From the NCBI GenBank assembly GCA_038227875.1, contig JBBRPR010000009.1:32001-96000 (forward strand): a stretch of 64,000 nucleotides of DNA. Reading direction: 5' to 3'. Source of the DNA: Planctomycetota bacterium. GTDB taxonomy: Bacteria > Planctomycetota > SZUA-567 > H5-PLA8. The position numbers and the translations under genes are program-made. Every line of letters begins with the position of its first letter. Positions within the stretch are counted from its first letter, which is position 1. The notes under the pieces were generated by a model. It ran no database searches and was not told the origin of the DNA. It was given only the letters and a program-made list of their open reading frames with translations. Shown here one piece after another: positions 1 through 6,345 of this stretch.

Positions 1-441
1 CATTTTGTTGAACGCGGCATCGCGTTCCTTCTCCGGAACCGACGCGTGCAGCGGCGCCGGGACGTCGTGCGTCGCTTCGTGAACGGCGTCGAGCGCCTTG
101 GCCAGATGCTTTTCTTCTTCGGGATGAATATTCCACGCGGTGCGCAGCAGCGTCAGCAATTTGTCTTCGGCTTCGGCGATTTCCAAATCAGCATGAGCCA
201 TCGCGAAGACGCTGGCGTAGATCGAATCGCGCGCCTCGTGGCTGGCGACGAGCTTCGCCAGCTCCGCGCAATCGTTCTTCTCTTCCAGCAACTTCTCGCT
301 GGTCAATCCGTCCGGGAACTTCAGGCCGCGCAGCACGTCGTCCAGTTGATGCCGCTCTTCGTTGCGCATCACACCGTCGGCCTTCGCCATGCAGATCAGC
401 AGGCGGATTCCCGCCAGCGCTTCACCGTTGACTTCACCCAT
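1..441 (-). CDS. TerB-like/DUF533-type protein, 5' part (runs off the window start)
   Basis: Hand-translated open frame from ATG at 441 (SD GAGGAG upstream): MGEVNGEALAGIRLLICMAKADGVMRNEERHQL...VFAMAHADLEIAEAEDKLL; two 'MAxAD' TerB-type motifs; no stop before position 1. Confidence 0.7.
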   Translation of the reverse strand, partial: MGEVNGEALAGIRLLICMAKADGVMRNEERHQLDDVLRGLKFPDGLTSEKLLEEKNDCAELAKLVASHEARDSIYASVFAMAHADLEIAEAEDKLLTLLRTAWNIHPEEEKHLAKALDAVHEATHDVPAPLHASVPEKERDAAFNKM

Positions 442-555
442 GGTTCGTCTCCTCGCCAATCCACTCGTCACGGTTAAACTATAAGAGGTGGGCGACGCGG
501 TCGATACAATTTACGCCCTCTTTACGAATCACCCAGACGGCAAGCGAGCGAGACC

Positions 556-1284
556 ATGGCAGAAACCATCCGAAAAGCAAAGACGGGCATCGTTTTCATG
601 GCGCTGCTGGCGATTGTCGGTGCGGGGGCCGGCGGCGTCTACATGGCCGACCAACTTTACTACAAACCGATGCGCGAACAGAAACAACTGGTCGAGAACC
701 TGAAGACGATTCTCGACCGCCTCACCAAGGACGTGCGCATGGCGGAAGTGATGGTCTTGAGCCAGACCAAGGACCCGCTGCGCACGACGATTCGATTTCA
801 GGAAGTGGACGAACAGGATAACCCGCTGGGGCCGGCGCGGGAGATGGCCTTTGACGGCGATGAAATTTATTTCGATACGCTGGTGATCAAGTTCGAAGAG
901 CAGTTCAAGCCGCTCGACGACGAACGCTTGAAGCAGAAGGACGCCGGCGTTGAGCTGGCCGGAAAATCGATCATCATTTTCCGCCGCGTCTTCAGCGATA
1001 AATTGCAGCCGGAAAAAGGCGAGCAGTTGGACATGCAGGGCCAGGAACCGCTGGTTTACGCCGGCAAGACCGCACCGACGAAATTCGAACGCGAACTGTG
1101 GCAGGACTTCTGGAAGCTGGCCAACGATCCCGATTTGGCCAAATCGCGCGGTGTTCGTGCGGCGCACGGGCAGGCCGTCTCATCAAAGGTTCAGCCCGAC
1201 AAGATTTACGTGATCGAAAAGCGCGCCAGTGGTGAACTGTCCATCAAATCCGAAAAAGTCCGGCCCGTGATGCGCAACCCATAG
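556..1284 (+). CDS. hypothetical protein, N-terminal membrane anchor and short coiled coil
   Basis: 242-aa ORF with typical codon usage; hydrophobic IVFMALLAIVGAGAGGVY followed by a coiled-coil-like stretch. Confidence 0.75.
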   Translation: MAETIRKAKTGIVFMALLAIVGAGAGGVYMADQLYYKPMREQKQLVENLKTILDRLTKDVRMAEVMVLSQTKDPLRTTIRFQEVDEQDNPLGPAREMAFDGDEIYFDTLVIKFEEQFKPLDDERLKQKDAGVELAGKSIIIFRRVFSDKLQPEKGEQLDMQGQEPLVYAGKTAPTKFERELWQDFWKLANDPDLAKSRGVRAAHGQAVSSKVQPDKIYVIEKRASGELSIKSEKVRPVMRNP

Positions 1285-1385
1285 GCAAGTCTGTCGCGGT
1301 GTTCCATCCACGGGACACCGCACAAGTCCGCGCACCCTTTCCTCCCGGCGCCGCAATTCCTCTGTGGAAAACGGAGGAACTGTTC

Positions 1386-2330
1386 ATGCTGACACGTATC
1401 GCGGCGCTGATGCTGTTAACTTTAGGGGCCGGTGCACTTCGGGCGGGGGAGAGCAAGCCCATCACGGATCCCACCGCGCCGGGCAACCACGAATCGTTGC
1501 TCGCGGTCGGCACGTTGAAGCGCGATTTCTGGTATCACGTTCCGGTTAAATATTCCAAATCGACTGCAACGCCGCTGCTGATTGTCCTACCCTACGGCTG
1601 TGGCCGCTTGCCCTTTGGCGATGACTACTCGCATTTCATGCCGCTCTCCGACGAACACGGTTTCATCATGGTTACCGCCGAGTCTTCCAGGGAATGCGGC
1701 TGCTGGGCGCCGTACATGAACTGCGATCCAAAGCTGGAGCCCAAGGGCAGCATGGCCGGAAAGGTGAAAGCATGGGCCGACGAGGCCGCGTACTTTTCCG
1801 CCTTAATCGATGAGATGGAGAAGAATTTCAACATCGACAAGAACCGCGTCTTCATCTGCGGCTCTTCGGGGGGCGGGTTGATGACGTACCGCCTGAGCGT
1901 CCTGATCGCCGACCGCATCACCGCCGCGGGAATTGCGTGCGGGAATTTTGTCTGGCGCAACGAATACGAACAGACGCCCATCCCCACGCCCGCGCGTCCC
2001 GTCTCGATCATCGCTTTTCATGGTGACGCCGACAAAAATGTTTCGTACGGGCACAGTGCCAACGCCAATATCACCGTCTGGTCCGCGCACGAATCCGCCG
2101 GCTTCTGGGTGAAGTTCAACGGTTGCGACGCCACGCCGCAGAAGAGCACTGTCCCGGCCGCGCAGGTTCACAACGCGAAAGTCGAATCCGAAACGTGGAT
2201 CGCAGGCAAAGGCGACGCCACCGTGGCCCTCTACACACGAATCGGCGGCGGCCACGAATTTCCCGGATACGCGCCGCCGATGATGTGGGATTTCTTCATG
2301 AAGGAAGCCGACCGACGCTTCCCGAAGTAA
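1386..2330 (+). CDS. secreted alpha/beta-hydrolase esterase (PHB-depolymerase/LpqP-like)
   Basis: SD GGAGGA then ATG at 1386; signal peptide; 'IDKNRVFICGSSGGG' nucleophile elbow, 'FHGDAD', 'GGGHEFP'. Confidence 0.8.
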   Translation: MLTRIAALMLLTLGAGALRAGESKPITDPTAPGNHESLLAVGTLKRDFWYHVPVKYSKSTATPLLIVLPYGCGRLPFGDDYSHFMPLSDEHGFIMVTAESSRECGCWAPYMNCDPKLEPKGSMAGKVKAWADEAAYFSALIDEMEKNFNIDKNRVFICGSSGGGLMTYRLSVLIADRITAAGIACGNFVWRNEYEQTPIPTPARPVSIIAFHGDADKNVSYGHSANANITVWSAHESAGFWVKFNGCDATPQKSTVPAAQVHNAKVESETWIAGKGDATVALYTRIGGGHEFPGYAPPMMWDFFMKEADRRFPK

Positions 2331-2333
2331 GAA

Positions 2334-2361
2334 AACCCCTGCGCAAATTTGCACAGGGGTT
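2334..2361. terminator. hairpin between convergent genes, probable terminator (U-tract on the minus strand)
   Basis: AACCCCTG...CAGGGGTT arms around an inner GCAAATTTGC palindrome; preceded by AAAA on the plus strand. Confidence 0.55.
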
Positions 2362-2373
2362 GCAAGCATGAGG

Positions 2374-4434
2374 TTAGACCTCCACTTCCTTCAACTGCCG
2401 GCTTTTCGCCGCCGCCACGATCGGGCCGGCGATGTTCGGCGGGACGACGTCGTAGTGCGAAAACTCGACGGTGTAGAATCCTTCGCCGCCGGTGATCGCC
2501 TTCAATTCCGCCGAGTAATTCTGCAGCGCCGACGCCGGCACCTGCGCCCGGACGACCTGCAGATCGCCGAGCTGATCCATGCCCTGGATGCGCCCGCGAT
2601 GGCCGCTGAGGTGGCCGGTGATGTCGCCCATGAATTTTCCCGGCAGCACCACTTCCAAATTCACAATCGGCTCGATCAACTGCGGCTTGGCCTTTTCGAA
2701 TGCCTCCTTAAAACATTCGCGCGCCGCAATCTGGAATGCGATGTCTTTGGAATCGACGTCGTGATACTTGCCGTCGTTCAAACGCACCTTGACGTCGACG
2801 ACCGGAATGCCCGGCCACACGCCTTCGGCCATCTTGCTGACCACGCCCTTTTCGCAGGAAGGAATGAACTGCCGCGGAATCACGCCGCCGACGATCTCGT
2901 CGATGAATTCGAAACCGTTGCCCAGATTCGGTTCGATCTTGATCTGGCAGCGCCCGTACTGTCCCGCGCCACCGCTCTGCTTTTTGTGCGTATACGCCAC
3001 TTCCGCGACGCCGGCGATTGTCGAGCGGTACGGAATCTTCGGCGCATGCGTCACGACTTCGATGTGCTGCGCCTTCAGCCGGTGGAGCATCAAATCCAGG
3101 TGCGTCTGCCCCATGCCGCGGATCACGAGCTCGTGCGTCTGCGGGTCGACTTCGACGACAAACGACGGATCGCCTTCCGCGAACTGCCGCAGTCGCTGGC
3201 CGACCTTCGCTTCATCGTTGCGGTTCTTCGCCTCGATCGCCAGCGCCTGCATCGGCGGCGAGACGGGAATCGGCGGCAGGTACCAGCCCGTATCGTCCGT
3301 CGAGAGCGTGTCGCCAAAGTTCAGACTTTCGCACTTCGGGATCGCCACGATTTCGCCGCACGAGACGCCGTCCTGCTCCTTGGTGTCCTTGCCCTGGACG
3401 CTGAGCACATGCATGAACTTTTCCGGCTTGGCCGCGGAGGAACTCTTGGCCACACCGCCCACTGGCAGCGTGCCGGAAAAGACGCGCAGGTAACTGATCT
3501 TCCCGATGAACGGATCGCGCTTGCTCTTGATCACCTGCGCGAAGAGCGGTCCTGATGCCGACGGCGTCACGATGCGTTCTTCGTAGCCGCCAGGCTTGTC
3601 CGTAGCCTTGCGGCGCAGATGGATCGGCTCGTCGAGCGGCGAGGGGCCTTCCTCATCAATGAAGTGGAGCAGTTCCTTGATGCCGATGTCCTTCTCCGCT
3701 GAGACGCAGACAACCGGGACCATTGCTCCGCTGGTCATGCCCTTGGTGAAGCAATGTGCGATCTCTTCGTGCGAGATTTTTTCGTCCGCGAGGTAACGCT
3801 CCAGCACTTTCTCATCGGAGGAAACCGCCGTCTCCACGAGGCTGGCGTGCATCGCCTTCGCCTGTTCCTGGAGGTGTTCCGGCACCGTGCCGATCTCATC
3901 AAAGAGGTTGATCACGCCCTTGAAATCCTTGTTCTCACCGACGGGCAGAAACAGCGGCGCGACCGTTTTGCCGAAGACTTCACGGAGCTGATCCAGCACT
4001 TGCTCGAATTTCGCGCGTTCGTGATCCATCTTGGTGATCACGAAGACCTTCGGCCGTTCCAGCGCCGTGGCCATGCCCCACAATTTGCGCGTCATCACTT
4101 CCACGCCCGCGACGGCGCTGACGGCGATCAGCGTGGTCTCGGTTGCCGCCATGCCTTCGGCCGCGCCGGAGACAAAATCGGGCAGGCCGGGGCAGTCGAG
4201 CAGGTGGACGCGCTTGCCGTGAAAATCGAAATGGGCGATCGACGTTTCGATCGAATGCAGGCGTTCTTTTTCATCCGGATCGAAATCGCTGACAGTGTTT
4301 TTCTCGGCGATCGTGCCTTTTTTGCGAATGGCGCCCGCCGCGAAGAGCAGGGCTTCGGTCAGCGTGGTTTTGCCGGTGCCATTGTGTCCAACGAGAGCCA
4401 CATTGCGGATATTTTCGGGGGCGATTTTAGCCAT
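2374..4434 (-). CDS. fusA: elongation factor G paralogue (EF-G2-like)
   Basis: SD AGGAGGTG and ATG at 4434; GHNGTGKTT, DCPG and TKMD motifs; GMGQTHLD, HKKQSGGAGQYG and DGKYHDVDS of EF-G domains III-V; switch I RLHSI and DCPGL deviate from canonical RGITI/DTPGH. Confidence 0.9.
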   Translation of the reverse strand: MAKIAPENIRNVALVGHNGTGKTTLTEALLFAAGAIRKKGTIAEKNTVSDFDPDEKERLHSIETSIAHFDFHGKRVHLLDCPGLPDFVSGAAEGMAATETTLIAVSAVAGVEVMTRKLWGMATALERPKVFVITKMDHERAKFEQVLDQLREVFGKTVAPLFLPVGENKDFKGVINLFDEIGTVPEHLQEQAKAMHASLVETAVSSDEKVLERYLADEKISHEEIAHCFTKGMTSGAMVPVVCVSAEKDIGIKELLHFIDEEGPSPLDEPIHLRRKATDKPGGYEERIVTPSASGPLFAQVIKSKRDPFIGKISYLRVFSGTLPVGGVAKSSSAAKPEKFMHVLSVQGKDTKEQDGVSCGEIVAIPKCESLNFGDTLSTDDTGWYLPPIPVSPPMQALAIEAKNRNDEAKVGQRLRQFAEGDPSFVVEVDPQTHELVIRGMGQTHLDLMLHRLKAQHIEVVTHAPKIPYRSTIAGVAEVAYTHKKQSGGAGQYGRCQIKIEPNLGNGFEFIDEIVGGVIPRQFIPSCEKGVVSKMAEGVWPGIPVVDVKVRLNDGKYHDVDSKDIAFQIAARECFKEAFEKAKPQLIEPIVNLEVVLPGKFMGDITGHLSGHRGRIQGMDQLGDLQVVRAQVPASALQNYSAELKAITGGEGFYTVEFSHYDVVPPNIAGPIVAAAKSRQLKEVEV

Positions 4435-4495
4435 GGTCGAGCACCTCCTGACAGTCCCTGGATCGGGCGCACTTCTCATTGCAAGAAGTGCGATA

Positions 4496-4530
4496 AAACA
4501 AAAAAGCGAGACCTGCAGGTCTCGCTTTTT
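4496..4530 (-). terminator. intrinsic terminator in the leader of the EF-G paralogue
   Basis: Perfect 30-bp palindrome AAAAAGCGAGACCTG|CAGGTCTCGCTTTTT (4501-4530); on the minus strand it ends in TTTTTTGTTTT, about 60 nt upstream of the ATG. Confidence 0.8.
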
Positions 4531-4624
4531 ACTTACGTTTTGGTTCAACCCAGCCGCAAGAGCAGTCCCCCACGGAAGCTCTTACGGCCCAGTCATCAGG
4601 CCCGGTATGATCCCCAGTACCCAT
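4529..4624 (-). CDS. putative leaderless 31-aa leader peptide MGTGDHTGPDDWAVRASVGDCSCGWVEPKRK
   Basis: ATG lies 6 nt after a putative -10; the stop codon overlaps the terminator's 5' arm. Translation is inferred. Confidence 0.35.
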   Translation of the reverse strand: MGTGDHTGPDDWAVRASVGDCSCGWVEPKRK

Positions 4625-4630
4625 ACCTCT

Positions 4631-4659
4631 TCTATACCCCTGTTTTAAGCCTGTCGCAA
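4631..4659 (-). promoter_or_regulatory. putative sigma70-type promoter for the EF-G paralogue leader
   Basis: Minus strand TTGCGA-N17-TATAGA. Confidence 0.45.
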
Positions 4660-4775
4660 GGCCGAAACATAACACTATCACAGGGATTTGACCCGTTAGC
4701 TGCGTCGTTGCTGTTTTCCATTTCAACATTCTTGTGAATGCGAAATTCAACGCGAGTGAAGGCGCGCTGGCCTTC

Positions 4776-4813
4776 AATAAAAAGTGAAAATTGAGAAACG
4801 GAAAATCGAAGAT
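4776..4813. repeat. degenerate heptamer tandem repeat (AATNGAA-like, about 5 units)
   Basis: aataaaa agtgaaa attgaga aacggaa aatcgaa. Confidence 0.4.
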
Positions 4814-5049
4814 GCACTTTCGTTCACGGGTCAAAAAACTTTCCAACTTAACTCTTGCACAGGGACCCTTCGTATGATTAGATCAGGCTCATGGTGCTGA
4901 GCTAGGACGCTAGTCAGCAATGACCGATTCACATCTGGTTTCGCCGCAAGCCGGCTGGTCTCGCGTACTTCAGTGTACGCCCCCGGTTGCTACCTTCTCC
5001 AAGGTGGCCAGGCCCAACCAGAGGGGCTCGCAGAACAGGAGGTGATCCA

Positions 5050-5097
5050 GTGAGTAGTTGTAAACCCTACGGTGACCGGAGGTGGCTGTCCGCGTAA
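5050..5097 (+). CDS. putative 15-aa small ORF MSSCKPYGDRRWLSA
   Basis: GTG 7 nt after AGGAGG, within AGGAGGTGATCCAG; TAA at 5095-5097. Confidence 0.35.
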   Translation: MSSCKPYGDRRWLSA

Positions 5098-5172
5098 GAA
5101 GGGACGGTACTTGTTGGTGCCACTGGAACCTCTCGATGCACTTCATCAGTAGTCGAAAGAGTTCTGCAAGTG

Positions 5173-5202
5173 AAGACCGCCGCGTTCATGCGGGCCTGAT
5201 CT
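5173..5202 (+). repeat. 30-nt direct repeat, copy 1
   Basis: AAGACCGCCGCGTTCATGCGGGCCTGATCT; 27/30 identical to 6300-6329. Confidence 0.8.
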
Positions 5203-5300
5203 TTAAGAACCGTTGATCATGGTCCTTGACTGACGCAGTTACCGAGTAAGTCTCTCGGGGCTGACGGGCCTCATGCGCGTGACAGCCTTTGTAATCACCG

Positions 5301-5337
5301 CCGGCCTCCACAGTGATGTGGAGGCCGGAGTTTTTTT
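5301..5337 (+). terminator. intrinsic terminator
   Basis: CCGGCCTCCAC-agtgat-GTGGAGGCCGG then AG and a 7-T run. Confidence 0.85.
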
Positions 5338-5465
5338 ATCCCATCGCCAAGCCCATCCGCCCTAATAATTTCGACTTTTCATTGGTCACCCGCCACGAAT
5401 CGCTTTCTTAGCCGCGTCAGCAGGAGGTCACGCCTCCTCCGCACATCCAAGCTAAGGAGCGACCC

Positions 5466-6326
5466 ATGGCCGCGTATCGGTTGGAATCCCCCACTAGATT
5501 TCTGAACGCCATGTGCTCGATCACGCAGAGCGAACTGCATCCGCAAAATACGGTAACGTTGATTTCGGAAGTAGACCTGACTGAAGTGGAAAGCATTCGT
5601 CGTCGTTCGCTGGCCGGATCCAAGCCTTCTTACACGGCCTTCGTGGCCAAGGCGGTTGCGCTGGCGCTGCGGGAATTTCCCTACGCCAATCGGCGGCTGG
5701 CGCGTCTGCCCTTTCTGGGCCTGCGTCTGCAAACCTTTCAACGCATCGATGCCGCGATCCTTTGCGAGCGGGAAATGCCAGAAGCGCCCATGTTGGCTTT
5801 CGTGGATGTGATCCGCAACGCGGACAATCTTTCGCTATCTGAAACCACGGAGCGCCTGCGAGCCCTGGCCACGTGCGACGAATCGAACAACAAGCAATGG
5901 CGCGAATTCAAAACCATCATCACCACGCTGCCGTCGTGGATTGCTCAGCGGATCATCGGACTCCCGCTGCTCTTTCCCAGCCTGTGGATGAAATATCGAG
6001 GCGGGGCGTTTTCGATCAGTTCGCCGGCGAAGTATGGCGTGGATTCAATCGTTGCCACATGGCCCTGGCCGTTGGGCGTGTCGTTCGGCCTGGTCAAGCC
6101 GCGCGCCGTGATACGGAACGGGCAGGTTGTCGTCCGGACCACGTTCAATCTCACACTCAATTTCGACCGGCGGATCATGGCCGGCGCACAAGCCGCGCGT
6201 TTCTTCAAGCGCATAGTCGACATCCTGGAAAACGCCACTATCGAGATGGAGCCGTATCTCCCGGCAACGGCACCCGTAAGCAACGGTGCTTCTGCTACAA
6301 AGGCCGCCGCGTTCGTGCGGGTCTGA
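5466..6326 (+). CDS. stand-alone 2-oxoacid-dehydrogenase E2-like acyltransferase catalytic domain
   Basis: SD AAGGAG; 'SYTAFVAKAVALALREFPYAN', 'GGAFSISS', 'LTLNFDRRIMAGAQAARF'; no lipoyl domain. Confidence 0.8.
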   Translation: MAAYRLESPTRFLNAMCSITQSELHPQNTVTLISEVDLTEVESIRRRSLAGSKPSYTAFVAKAVALALREFPYANRRLARLPFLGLRLQTFQRIDAAILCEREMPEAPMLAFVDVIRNADNLSLSETTERLRALATCDESNNKQWREFKTIITTLPSWIAQRIIGLPLLFPSLWMKYRGGAFSISSPAKYGVDSIVATWPWPLGVSFGLVKPRAVIRNGQVVVRTTFNLTLNFDRRIMAGAQAARFFKRIVDILENATIEMEPYLPATAPVSNGASATKAAAFVRV

Positions 6327-6329
6327 TCT
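6300..6329 (+). repeat. 30-nt direct repeat, copy 2 (overlaps the stop of the E2-like gene)
   Basis: AAGGCCGCCGCGTTCGTGCGGGTCTGATCT. Confidence 0.8.
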
Positions 6330-6345
6330 CTTTAGCCTTGACTCT

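Larger units (their letters stand above)
4878..5337 (+). ncRNA. putative large structured RNA of unrecognised family, containing a sequestered sORF
   Basis: No long ORF; many nested helices (AGATCAGGC 4880/GCCTGATCT 5194; TCTGGTT/AACCAGA; GCAGAAC/GTTCTGC; GTCA-GCAA-TGAC; GCGTAC/GTACGC; GCTACCTT/AAGGTGGC; CCGAG/CTCGG); ends in an intrinsic terminator. Confidence 0.6.

Noticed and set aside
4530..4605. hammerhead ribozyme (CUGAUGA plus long stem on the minus strand)
   Set aside because: No GAAA core after the stem and no stem I partner after the possible GUA.
2368..4737. plus-strand ORFs of 395 and 327 aa
   Set aside because: Antisense shadows of the EF-G paralogue.
5037..5050. 16S rRNA gene end on the minus strand
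   Set aside because: Only 14 nt match; the flanks do not continue as 16S sequence (no CCGCA...GGTTACCTTGTTACGAC).
4878..5337. tmRNA, RNase P, SRP, 6S or group II intron
   Set aside because: No tRNA-like ends with T-loop and CCA, no GAGGAAAGTCC, no SRP GGAA/AGCAG loop, no domain V; too long and branched for 6S. An Rfam scan is still needed.
5173..6329. CRISPR repeats or IS ends
   Set aside because: Only two direct copies 1.1 kb apart; no cas or transposase genes in the window.
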